From: an uncultured Nitrospina sp.
GTDB lineage: Bacteria; Nitrospinota; Nitrospinia; Nitrospinales; VA-1
Direction: 5' to 3'
Length of the DNA: 60,245 nt
Assembly: GCA_913045445.1 (NCBI GenBank)
Contig: CAJWQP010000006.1
Coordinates: forward strand, 1 to 60,245
Shown: positions 47,912 through 57,206 of the stretch, piece by piece
Numbering within the stretch: position 1 is the stretch's first letter
Layout of the letters: each line of letters begins with the position of its first letter
The notes under the pieces: generated by a model
Told to the model about the DNA's origin: nothing
The model's database searches: none
Seen by the model: the letters and a program-made list of their open reading frames with translations, nothing else
Translations under genes and position numbers: made by a program

Positions 47912-48883
47912 TCATTTCCCTTCCTGAAGTTTTGGATTGAATGCTTCGCGCAAACCTTCGCCGCATAAGTTAAATGCGAGTACAACAAATAGAATGGAGA
48001 ATCCGGGAATGAAAGTGATCCACGGAGCATCAAAAATAAATTGTTTTCCGTCAGCGAGAATATTTCCCCATGTGGCATCGGGCGGCTGGACTCCGAATCC
48101 GAGAAAACTGAGGCTCGATTCAATGAGGATGGCCGAGGCAACGCCTATGGTTGCCGATACCAGAACCGGCGCGATAGCGTTGGGAGTCATATGAATGAAT
48201 ATGATTCGCCACTCAGGGATGGCCTGACTGCGGGCGGCGGCAACGAAGTCCAGTTCTCTCAGCGTGAGAAACTCGGCACGGACAAATCGGGCGGTGCCCA
48301 TCCAGCTGGTTAGCCCGATCACGATCATGATGTTGTAGATGCTTGGGGGTAATAGGGCAACAACAGTCAAGATAAGAAAAAATGTGGGGAAGCACAGCAT
48401 GATGTCCACAAAACGCATGATGATCGTATCGACCGTCAGGAATCCGAATTTTTTATTTCCGTAATAACCCGAGATTCCTCCAAAAATTATTCCCAAAGCC
48501 ACCGAGATGCCAACAGCGACAAAGCCAACCGTGAGTGAAACAGAGGTTCCTTCCAGCATGCGTGCAAATACATCGCGGCCGAGTTCGTCGGTGCCCATTA
48601 AGTATATGTTGAATGCGGGAGCGTCTTCGGCCGGGGTGATTTTGCCGGTGAAGGATGTCAGTGGTGGAAGAAACTTTTCCGGCAGACGCACTTGCTGAGG
48701 ATCGAATACAACAAACCAGCGAGTGAGCGCTTTGCCTACGAAAGCGATTGCCAGAAGGACGATCAGGAATATAAAACTGGAATAAGCAGTGCGGTTGCGC
48801 TTGAAGATATCCCAGCGTTCCCTGAATAAACTGACTGCCGGTTTTAATCCTTCCGCGTCCTGCATTTCTGTAATCGTGTTCAT
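47912..48883 (-). CDS. Oligopeptide/dipeptide ABC transporter permease (OppC/DppC)
   Basis: GTDELGRD, EAA-like loop FVAAARSQ, E.SLSFLG.G..PP..TWG, FNL.GEGLR. Confidence 0.93.
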   Translation of the reverse strand: MNTITEMQDAEGLKPAVSLFRERWDIFKRNRTAYSSFIFLIVLLAIAFVGKALTRWFVVFDPQQVRLPEKFLPPLTSFTGKITPAEDAPAFNIYLMGTDELGRDVFARMLEGTSVSLTVGFVAVGISVALGIIFGGISGYYGNKKFGFLTVDTIIMRFVDIMLCFPTFFLILTVVALLPPSIYNIMIVIGLTSWMGTARFVRAEFLTLRELDFVAAARSQAIPEWRIIFIHMTPNAIAPVLVSATIGVASAILIESSLSFLGFGVQPPDATWGNILADGKQFIFDAPWITFIPGFSILFVVLAFNLCGEGLREAFNPKLQEGK

Positions 48884-48899
48884 CCCTGACTCCACTATG

Positions 48900-49859
48900 C
48901 TAAAACTTGATACGCGGATCGACCACCGCATAAAGAATGTCAGATATTAAAGTCCCTACAAGTACTAGGATGGCTGAAATAAAATTGAGCGTGAGTATCA
49001 CCGGGAAGTCCCGCGCAAGAATCGCTTCGAATCCCAGCCGCCCCATTCCCGGCCAGGCGAAGATGGTTTCAAAAATGACCGAGCCACCGATCAACCCCGG
49101 AATGATCAGGCCAAACATGGTGATGAACGGGAGCAGGGCATTGCGGAGTCCATGCCGGTAAATGACAGCATCTTCCGACAGCCCCTTGGCGCGGGCCGTG
49201 CGGATGTAATCCTGATTAATGACTTCCAGCATTTGCGAACGGACATAGCGGGAAAGAATTGCCACACCCGCCACCGCTGACATTAAAGAGGGAATCGTCC
49301 AATGCCACACCCGGTCCATCGAACGGAACAGAAGGCCAGCGTCTTCCAGCCCGAAGGTGCGCATTCCAATCACGGGAACATTGAATGTCTTCACCATAAA
49401 AATAATGCAGATATAGGACAGGAAAAATCCGGGAATGGAAATCAATGCGTAAGCAAGAAAAGTTCCCGTCTTGTCGAACGTAGAGCCACGATTGATCGCC
49501 GCCTTGATTCCTACCGGGAATGCCAGGAACCAGGTGATGAGTGTTCCCACGATGAACAGTGGAAGCGAATTGAGAAAACGATCCCATATTTTTTTTAGTA
49601 CGGGTTGGTTGTCCTTGAACGACTTCAGTTCGTCGGTGAATAAATCCTTCATCCAGTAAACGTACTGAACGTGGAGCGGTTCGTCCAAATGGAAGGCGGC
49701 GCGGATGCGCTGGATGTCCTCAGCTTTCATCCTGGGATTGGACGGGTCCACCAGACTGGGTTCTCCCGGTGCCAGGTGAACGATCGAATGCGAAATAATC
49801 GAGATAAAAAACAGCAGGACAATGCGCTGGCCGATACTTTTAATTATGAACTGGGTCAT
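48900..49859 (-). CDS. Oligopeptide/dipeptide ABC transporter permease (OppB/DppB)
   Basis: LD.P...QY, R..MLEV..QDYIRTARAKGL, ETIF.WPGMG, DILYAVVDPRI. Confidence 0.93.
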   Translation of the reverse strand: MTQFIIKSIGQRIVLLFFISIISHSIVHLAPGEPSLVDPSNPRMKAEDIQRIRAAFHLDEPLHVQYVYWMKDLFTDELKSFKDNQPVLKKIWDRFLNSLPLFIVGTLITWFLAFPVGIKAAINRGSTFDKTGTFLAYALISIPGFFLSYICIIFMVKTFNVPVIGMRTFGLEDAGLLFRSMDRVWHWTIPSLMSAVAGVAILSRYVRSQMLEVINQDYIRTARAKGLSEDAVIYRHGLRNALLPFITMFGLIIPGLIGGSVIFETIFAWPGMGRLGFEAILARDFPVILTLNFISAILVLVGTLISDILYAVVDPRIKF

Positions 49860-49879
49860 GGTTAACTTATAATTTGTGT
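49860..49879. promoter_or_regulatory. Overlapping divergent -10 boxes in a 20-bp head-to-head gap
   Basis: Plus strand TATAAT (49868-49873) lies 6 nt before ATG 49880; minus strand TATAAG (49866-49871) lies 6 nt before ATG 49859. Confidence 0.55.
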
Positions 49880-50629
49880 ATGGACATTTTACAGATCAGC
49901 CATTATCTCGACGACCTGCTTGATATTAAAGATATCAAGGATTCGCCTAACGCGATGAACGGATTGCAGGTTCAAAACACCGGCGATATTAAAAAAATCG
50001 GGCTGGCGGTTGATTTGTGCATGGCAACAATTGAAAAGGCCGTCGCCGCAGAGTGTAACATGATGTTTGTCCATCACGGAATGCTTTGGGGGGGTGTGCA
50101 ACCGATCCGAGGGAATTTTTACGAAAAACTCTCCACGATGATGCGCGACAATCTGGGGTTGTATTCGGCGCATCTGCCCTTGGACATGCACCCGGTATTG
50201 GGGAACAATAAAGCGTTGGCGGGTTTGTCCGGACTTTCCGAGATCGAGCCGTTCGGCGAATACGAAGGGCAGAAGATTGGATTCAAAGGTCGGCTGGAGC
50301 CGATTTCGGCAACTGCCCTGGGAGCAAAACTGGAAGCGGGCATGGGGTCAACCGTCAAAGTGATCGGGTCGGGAGAGGTGAAAACATTGGGCCTGGTTTC
50401 CGGCGGCGCGGCGGATATTCTCAGACAGGCTTCAGCGGAAGGTCTCGATGCCTACCTCACCGGAGAAGGGGCCAACCATCATTTCCACGAAGCCGTGGAA
50501 AACGATTGTGTTTTAATATTGGCGGGTCATTACGCGACCGAGACTGGAGGCGTTAAGGCCGTGGGAAAACATCTTCAAGAAAAATTCGGTATCGAATCCG
50601 AATTCCTCGATTACCCCACAGGGATGTAA
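49880..50629 (+). CDS. Nif3-like dinuclear metal centre protein (YbgI family)
   Basis: NGLQV, HHG, HLPLD.H...GNN, TGE, AGHYATE. Confidence 0.93.
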   Translation: MDILQISHYLDDLLDIKDIKDSPNAMNGLQVQNTGDIKKIGLAVDLCMATIEKAVAAECNMMFVHHGMLWGGVQPIRGNFYEKLSTMMRDNLGLYSAHLPLDMHPVLGNNKALAGLSGLSEIEPFGEYEGQKIGFKGRLEPISATALGAKLEAGMGSTVKVIGSGEVKTLGLVSGGAADILRQASAEGLDAYLTGEGANHHFHEAVENDCVLILAGHYATETGGVKAVGKHLQEKFGIESEFLDYPTGM

Positions 50630-50673
50630 CCGGGCAAGGCCCGGAGCCAATTTCCCGTAGGTTGTTCCTACGG
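50630..50673. terminator. Two short hairpins between convergent genes (possible terminator or GTAG-type REP)
   Basis: ccgggcaaggcccgg immediately after the nif3 stop, and ccgtagg-ttgtt-cctacgg at 50655-50673. Confidence 0.35.
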
Positions 50674-50797
50674 CTAGCGGCAGATCTTTGTATGAGTTTT
50701 GTAGTTGCTCAATTCCCAGCCCTCCACTCATTTGAGCTTTAAGGTAAGCTGGACGGGCATTGAGCGCTTTTAAAACAGCTCGATGAATCGGGCACAG

Positions 50798-50923
50798 CTA
50801 GTGGTGGCGATTTTGTTTCTTGGTTTTTACCGGGGCGGTTTTGGCGTTCCAGTTAAAAAGCACAATTAAGGTGCCCAGAATTCCTAATCCAACCGGAAAT
50901 ATCCAATCTGCCGTGATGTTCAT
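50798..50923 (-). CDS. Unannotated 41-aa single-TM small protein
   Basis: AGAGGAG SD, then ATG; MNITADWIFPVGLGILGTLIVLFNWNAKTAPVKTKKQNRHH; starts 17 nt downstream of the preceding gene. Confidence 0.6.
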   Translation of the reverse strand: MNITADWIFPVGLGILGTLIVLFNWNAKTAPVKTKKQNRHH

Positions 50924-50940
50924 ATGTACGCTCCTCTCTA

Positions 50941-51771
50941 TTAAAAACTGAATCGGTATTTCTCAAACAGTTCCATTGTAACTTCGTCTATTCCTTCTTT
51001 TCTGACTTCCTGCTCGATGCGCTTGACGGCCATATCCCGAATGAATGAAATCGGAATCTTCATTACTTTCTGTGCCGCGTCGTCGTGCCACTTGAGTTCG
51101 AAGCTTGGCATATCCTGAGGCGCATCAGACTTGTTTTGTTCTTCGTTCAGTTCCTCTTCGGTCACCTCCATGCCCATGGCTTGTTTGGCTGAGGCTGGCA
51201 TGATGTTGGTGAATACTTCTTCAATGATACCAGGATTGACCATCTTGTCACCACGTTCCCTGGCACGCGCTTCAATGGTTTGCTTGGCCATTCCCAGTAC
51301 AAACGGAGGAACCTTTTCCATCTTGGCCAAAGCCTCTTTACTCCAGGGCATTCCGCTGGCGGGCGTGACCTCCATGTAGTTTTTAAACTTTTCGATGATG
51401 TCGTCTTTCTTCTCCGTCCGCATGGAGAGAAAGTCTTCGATTTCTTCAATCACTTCAATTTTGCGCGGACTCTGCTTCATCTTGTCCTTGGCGACATCAA
51501 ACGCGCCCATGGACAACTCTTCGAATCCGAACTGTTTCACCCGCTTGGAAACCAGCATCATGGATTCATTGCGGATTTCAGTGAGGAAATCGGATTTAAT
51601 ATGTTTAAATCCTCTTTTAACGGCCCTTTGCACCATGAGCTTGCGAATTCCGGGGCGGACGAATTCCGGGGCGTGTTTCACTCTCTCCCAGGCATCGGCA
51701 TCCCATTCAACATTGTTTTCACGGGCGTAGGGATGGTCTATACTCTCTGTTGGTGGTGTTTCATCAGTCAT
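50941..51771 (-). CDS. Protein with three PCP_red-like helical domains
   Basis: Three W..eA..r....P.F[VI]R/L...k...E..A...G...i repeats (WDADA, WSKEA, WHDDA). Confidence 0.78.
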   Translation of the reverse strand: MTDETPPTESIDHPYARENNVEWDADAWERVKHAPEFVRPGIRKLMVQRAVKRGFKHIKSDFLTEIRNESMMLVSKRVKQFGFEELSMGAFDVAKDKMKQSPRKIEVIEEIEDFLSMRTEKKDDIIEKFKNYMEVTPASGMPWSKEALAKMEKVPPFVLGMAKQTIEARARERGDKMVNPGIIEEVFTNIMPASAKQAMGMEVTEEELNEEQNKSDAPQDMPSFELKWHDDAAQKVMKIPISFIRDMAVKRIEQEVRKEGIDEVTMELFEKYRFSF

Positions 51772-51919
51772 AATTATTTTACAGGCGATGACGCCCGTTT
51801 CACGGAGTTCTGAAATGAAATTAAACCTATACTTAAAAACTACTTGAAGCAGAATTGAATGTCAATTATTTTGGGTGGTTTCCAAACTCGGTTTCCTGAG
51901 ATATAACCTTACTACTATA

Positions 51920-54900
51920 ATGAACCGTTCCCCGATCGTATACTTTCTATTCTTATTTTCCGGAATCACAGCATTGATTTACGAGGTGGTCTGGACTCGC
52001 ATGCTCTCTCTCGTGTTCGGACACACCGTGTTCTCCGTATCCGTGGTTCTGGCGGCATTTATGGCCGGACTGGGTTTCGGGAGCTATTATTTTGGCTGTG
52101 CCATTGACCGTATTTGGGAGGGAAATAAGGCGTTCAGCGAGGAGAATTGGGATGAAAACCTGCCCGAAGACTGGAAGGCACTCACTCCGCTGTTAATCTA
52201 TGGCTGGATTGAGATATTGATATTTGTGTTTTGTGCCATAGTTTCACTGATTCTGTTCGAATTTTCTGTGGTCTATTCCTGGCTGAGCGCTTTTATTCCT
52301 GAATCGCTTGTGGTGCAAAACATCGTCAAGGCCGTGACGGCTTTCGGATTGATGTTTATTCCCGCATCCCTGATGGGCGCGACTCTGCCCATCATCAGCA
52401 AATATTACATTACAGATAACACCAGGTTGGGGACTCAGATGGGGATTCTATACGGTATCAACACACTGGGTGCCGCATCCGGGTGTCTGCTGGCCGGATT
52501 CTTTCTGATCGGAACCTTTGGGGTTTTGCAAACGGTATTGGGTGCCGCGGTGATGAACCTGTTCGTCGGAGTGTGCGCCATTCGGATATATCAGGAATCG
52601 AGGGGAAGCAGTTCGAGTTTACGTTTGCCGCGTTTTAAACTGCCATCATTTAAATGGACGAAGGAGCAGAAGGAGTGGATGGCAATCAGTTTTGCATGTG
52701 GTTTCACCGCGCTGGCTTATGAAGTGTTGTGGACCCGGTTGCTGGTCTTCAGCATTTCCAGCACAGTTTATTCTTTCAGCATGATGCTGGCAGTTTTTCT
52801 CTTGGGAATTACGCTGGGAAGTTTGCTCATGGTGCCTGTGTTCAGGTCAAGCCTGAATTTGCGGACGGTCCTGATATGTCTTCAGGCGGGCATCGGATTT
52901 TACGTGATCGGTTCTTTATACAACATGGAGCAATTACTTTCATCGCCATGGAATAGTTATAGCCTGCAGAACCCGGGAGTCGTGTTTGGTCGGTATTTTA
53001 TGGATTCAGCGGCGCTCATATTATTACCCACAGTTGCTTTGGGTATGAGTTTCCCCATTCTCATTAAGATGATTTCCGGAGGTCACGAACATGTGGGAAG
53101 AGGAACCGGGCAAATCTATGGAGCGAATACCCTGGGCGCAATTTTTGGATCGCTTGTTGCTGGTTTTTTATTTTTGCCCGGACTGGGGTCTGAGCGGAGT
53201 TTGCTTCTTGTCGCGACATTGAACCTGATAATGGTGATGTATCTGTTTCGCACTGGAAGTTACCTGACAACAACGTTACGGAAAATGTTGACAGTGGTTT
53301 TGGCGGCGATAATTGTTGTAGTGAATATGGGCGTGCCTTCGAATTTGCTCGACCAATTTTTTATGCGTGACAGTACAGGTCGGAAAGATATCAGCAAGTT
53401 GTTGTACTTCGAAGAAGGTCTCACTGATACCGTAGCTGTTTTCGAGGACGATTACGGTATTCTGGACCCGGAAGCAAAGCGGCTGGTCACCAATGGTATT
53501 TCCATGTCCGCAGTTAATTTTATTGCTTCGCGGTATATGAAACTGCTGGCGCATATACCCATCCTGTTGGTAGAAAATCCGGAAGATGTTCTGGTCGTTT
53601 GTTTTGGCACGGGGCAAACGACGGGAGCCGCAGGGGTGCATCCGCACGTGAAATCGGTCGACAGCGTGGATTTATCAGAAAGTGTTTTCAAAGCTGGTCA
53701 TGTTTTTGCGTCACACAACTATTCCGCTCTCGATAATGAGAAGATCAACCTTATCCTTCAAGATGGAAGGAACCATTTGCTGACCTCTCGAAAAATGTAT
53801 GACGTTATAACCTCCGAGCCGCCGCCGCCGCGTACCGCGTTCACTGTTAATCTTTACACCCGTGAATATTATGAGTTGGCGCAAAACCATCTGAAGTCCG
53901 GCGGCATTATGACGCAATGGATTCCACTGCACAGTCAGGGAAAGGATGAAGTGTTTATGCATTTTAAAACTTTTCTTTCCGTGTTCCCCCATGCCATGGC
54001 CTGGATGCCGGTTGCCAACGAAATAATCCTCATCGGATCGAATAGCCCGATTGAGATGGACCTTGAAAAGCTGAAGGGGCGTTTTTCTGATCCAATTGTG
54101 AGCCGCGCCATGAAGGAAATACAGGTTCCGGATGCTCTTTCATTTCTCGGCAATATTTGGTTTTTGGAAGACCAGATGAATGATTTGTCTCTGGGACAAC
54201 CCGTGATAACCGACAATCGGCCCGCGATTGAATTCTATCTCGACCTGGGGAAAGTGATAGGCGTGTATGGACGCGAAGACTTTGTGTTTACGCGGGCACC
54301 CTTCAGGAAGATTGTGGGCCGCATTTCTGGCATGACTTACGATGACCAAAAAAACCTGGAAACCATTTACGATGCGATGGATCTGTACCAACGCGGGGTC
54401 ATGTATGGTAATCGTGAACAGCTTCTGGAGGCCTTGGTCAAATTGGGAGACAATGATCTGGTGCGCTACCATTTGCAGGCCGGGACGAAACAGGTTTCTG
54501 CGTTGATTAAGGAGGTGAGTACCAATCCTGCTAATTTAGAAGCTTTACTTAATCTGGGTCATGCGTATTATCAGATTGGTGAATATGAAAAAAGTTTTGG
54601 AATCCTCCAGATTGTTTTAGAAAAAGAAGCCGCAAACTCATTTGCCAACCTGTACTCGGCTTTAAACCTGATGGAACTGGGAAGGCGGGAGGAAGCGAAA
54701 GCTTTTTTTAAAACTGCCAGCAAGAATAACCGTGGTCAGTTTGGCTCTGTCATGCAGGAATTCGCACTGGTTGATTTGCATGCCAAGTTGGATGCCGACC
54801 CTAAAAATCCGGGTCTGCTCAATGCGGTGGCACGGTTTTACAATATTAAAAAGGAATACCAGAAATCGCTGGATTATTCTTTTCAAGTTTTAGAGAAGGA

Positions 54901-55183
54901 ACCTCTGAACAAGCAGGCACTGCAAAATATTGTTTTTGGTTATCGCGGCAGGGGAGAGCCTGCGGAAGTGTTGGACTACGGCAATCGCTACGCTATGGTG
55001 GACCCTGAAGACATCAATTTGCAATATATGATGGGGGAAACTTTTGCGAAGACCCTTCGTTGCGGACAGGCGGTTCCCTATTTACAGCAGGTATTGAAGA
55101 AGGACGATACCTACCGTAATACCCAGTCTCTATTGAATGAATGTCTATCCCGAGAAGTGCAAGAAGAGGGCGCAGGTAACTAG
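51920..55183 (+). CDS. Fused membrane spermidine-synthase-like protein with C-terminal TPRs
   Basis: SG..ALIYEVVWTR, MGATLP, YG.NT.G repeated twice; VLVV.FGTGQT, DGRN.L, YDVI.SEPP; TPR-like LG..Y...GEY. Confidence 0.88.
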   Translation: MNRSPIVYFLFLFSGITALIYEVVWTRMLSLVFGHTVFSVSVVLAAFMAGLGFGSYYFGCAIDRIWEGNKAFSEENWDENLPEDWKALTPLLIYGWIEILIFVFCAIVSLILFEFSVVYSWLSAFIPESLVVQNIVKAVTAFGLMFIPASLMGATLPIISKYYITDNTRLGTQMGILYGINTLGAASGCLLAGFFLIGTFGVLQTVLGAAVMNLFVGVCAIRIYQESRGSSSSLRLPRFKLPSFKWTKEQKEWMAISFACGFTALAYEVLWTRLLVFSISSTVYSFSMMLAVFLLGITLGSLLMVPVFRSSLNLRTVLICLQAGIGFYVIGSLYNMEQLLSSPWNSYSLQNPGVVFGRYFMDSAALILLPTVALGMSFPILIKMISGGHEHVGRGTGQIYGANTLGAIFGSLVAGFLFLPGLGSERSLLLVATLNLIMVMYLFRTGSYLTTTLRKMLTVVLAAIIVVVNMGVPSNLLDQFFMRDSTGRKDISKLLYFEEGLTDTVAVFEDDYGILDPEAKRLVTNGISMSAVNFIASRYMKLLAHIPILLVENPEDVLVVCFGTGQTTGAAGVHPHVKSVDSVDLSESVFKAGHVFASHNYSALDNEKINLILQDGRNHLLTSRKMYDVITSEPPPPRTAFTVNLYTREYYELAQNHLKSGGIMTQWIPLHSQGKDEVFMHFKTFLSVFPHAMAWMPVANEIILIGSNSPIEMDLEKLKGRFSDPIVSRAMKEIQVPDALSFLGNIWFLEDQMNDLSLGQPVITDNRPAIEFYLDLGKVIGVYGREDFVFTRAPFRKIVGRISGMTYDDQKNLETIYDAMDLYQRGVMYGNREQLLEALVKLGDNDLVRYHLQAGTKQVSALIKEVSTNPANLEALLNLGHAYYQIGEYEKSFGILQIVLEKEAANSFANLYSALNLMELGRREEAKAFFKTASKNNRGQFGSVMQEFALVDLHAKLDADPKNPGLLNAVARFYNIKKEYQKSLDYSFQVLEKEPLNKQALQNIVFGYRGRGEPAEVLDYGNRYAMVDPEDINLQYMMGETFAKTLRCGQAVPYLQQVLKKDDTYRNTQSLLNECLSREVQEEGAGN

Positions 55184-55643
55184 GAGGCCAGTTTTGCCGA
55201 TTCAAGGGGAGATTTAAGAGGAGAGTCGATGTGTTTTTCGCTTGCGGTGCGGAATATTTTAAGTAAATGTTCTTCTCCGTCAGTTTCTGTGGAGTCGGCG
55301 AGACGGTTTACGATTTTAACCATTTCCGGTAATACTTTTTTGAACGCATCGACCAGACGTGGTTCGAAGCCTGTTCCTTTTTTCTCCTTCAACGATTTCT
55401 ATTTTGGGCCTTTTTTAACTGATCGATGACCTCGGACCCGTTTACATGCGGTATATTCAAATCCAGTAAAACCAGATCCGGGCGATATTCATCGTAGGTC
55501 GTTACCGCCAAACGGGAATTGCTGATACTCTTTATATTATTGAATCCGCTTCCTTTTAAAACACGTTCCAGGATAGCAATATTCCCTGACTCGTCATCAA
55601 TGATCAGAATCCTTCCGTCGGCCACTTCCCTTTTTGCCATCAT
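55180..55643 (-). pseudogene. Collapsed response regulator with HD-GYP output (RpfG-like) relic
   Basis: First two-thirds of a receiver (ILIIDDE...PDLVLLDL.IP..NG) abuts, out of frame, the HD-GYP C-terminal motif GTGFEPRLVDAF. Confidence 0.7.
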
Positions 55644-55813
55644 AAGAATTCATATTCTGACCCATTGTTTCTATTGGCTAAGCCATATTTACATTTACAG
55701 GCAATACCATTATATTAAATATAGTCCATTGCTTAAATTGTCAATATCTAAAGGTGTTTTCAGTAAAAAAATGACAGACAGTGATGGGGGGGGGTAGATG
55801 CTTTTACTTAAAG

Positions 55814-57034
55814 TCATTTCCAGAGCTTTAAACGCTTGAGTATTGAACCCAAAGCATTTGTAATTTTTCCCATCAAGTATTTCGGCCGGGCAAATAATTT
55901 GTCGTGAGTTTCAAATAATAATTTCGGGATATTCAAATTCTCAGGACAGCGGGGGAGGCAGTCTCCGCATTCTGTGCAATGGAAAGAAAAAGTACCGGGA
56001 AACCAATGTCCCTGTCCTTCAAGCATGTTATAGCGGAAGCGCCCGTAATCTATCATGTCATAACCTTCGAGGAGGTTTCTGAAGCGGAGGATTTCTGGAA
56101 TATTTATATTTTCCGGACAGGGCATGCACTTATCGCAAAGAGTGCATAGGCCATGGACTCTTTCCAGTTGAGAATCCATTTTTTGTTTGATCCCTGAAAA
56201 CTGCCGATTGGAGTCTTTTCCCTGAACCAACAGAGCCAGATTCTGGGAGAAATGTTCTGGCTCGTGCATGCCCATGCTCAATGTCGTGATCTGGGGATGA
56301 GACAGACAAAATTTACCGTTGAACTGGACCGGGGTATCAGGCTGGCAAAGCTGTTCGACTTTTGCCGAAGGCTTCCATAGCATCCCCCCTTTCTCATTGG
56401 GAGAAATGATAAAAACGCCCATATCCATTGCATCGGCTAATTGCACGGCTGGGAAATTACGCTGGAAAAAATAGTAATAATGAAGATTGAGGAAACTGAA
56501 TAAATCCGTTCGCATAGCTTCTAATATGATGTCAAGCGGACCATGTGTTGAAAATCCTATATGACGAATCAAACCTTCATCCTTCAGTTTGTGTAATGTT
56601 TCCACTGGTCCATTTTTTTGCACCGCGGCGTTAAGCAGGTCTTTGTTGTTGATGCCGTGCCACCCGTAAAAATCTACATATTCCAGTTGGAGCGCATTGA
56701 GCTGTTCTTCGACCAGTTTACGGGTATCGTCACCGGTCATAGGCGCCCCCTTGGTCATCATCTTGTACGTTGTTCGGGGAACGTCCATTTCCTTCAGGGC
56801 GCGACCGAATAGATGCTCGCTTTTCATGTAGCCGTGGGCAGTTTCAATATGATTGATCCCTAAATCCAACGCCATGCGCGTTGTGGAAATACAATGTTGA
56901 ATGGACTCTTTGGGCAGGTGATTTCGTGGCGGACTCCATCCGTATTTAAATCTCATTCCCCCAAGTGTGATGACGGAAATTTGTTCTTCGGTTTTTCCAA
57001 ATCGCCTGTATTCCATGGGAGGGTAAGAGTTCAT
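55814..57034 (-). CDS. Aldo/keto reductase with a C-terminal 4Fe-4S dicluster
   Basis: RRFGKT, GINHIETA.GY..SE, IGFSTH; CTLCDKCMPCP and CTECGDCLPRCP. Confidence 0.93.
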   Translation of the reverse strand: MNSYPPMEYRRFGKTEEQISVITLGGMRFKYGWSPPRNHLPKESIQHCISTTRMALDLGINHIETAHGYMKSEHLFGRALKEMDVPRTTYKMMTKGAPMTGDDTRKLVEEQLNALQLEYVDFYGWHGINNKDLLNAAVQKNGPVETLHKLKDEGLIRHIGFSTHGPLDIILEAMRTDLFSFLNLHYYYFFQRNFPAVQLADAMDMGVFIISPNEKGGMLWKPSAKVEQLCQPDTPVQFNGKFCLSHPQITTLSMGMHEPEHFSQNLALLVQGKDSNRQFSGIKQKMDSQLERVHGLCTLCDKCMPCPENINIPEILRFRNLLEGYDMIDYGRFRYNMLEGQGHWFPGTFSFHCTECGDCLPRCPENLNIPKLLFETHDKLFARPKYLMGKITNALGSILKRLKLWK

Positions 57035-57206
57035 GGGTTCTCTGTGTATGATTACTTTTGTTTAAGATGAACTTCGGATTCGAATGGCCCACTAAAATGC
57101 TATTGCTTCAATATCATAGGAAAAATGAAAGGTATCGTATACAATAATAAAGTTGGCACGAGAATTTGCCATGTGTTATTTCCCCTGATATTTTATTTGT
57201 TGTTTT

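Noticed and set aside
55786-55794. G9 homopolymer as a phase-variable switch
   Set aside because: Intergenic, upstream of a pseudogene only, and not within an identifiable promoter spacer.
57069-57095. ttcgaatggcccacta resembling a tRNA 3' fragment
   Set aside because: Weak similarity and opposite orientation to the tRNA-Phe, so not an att direct repeat.
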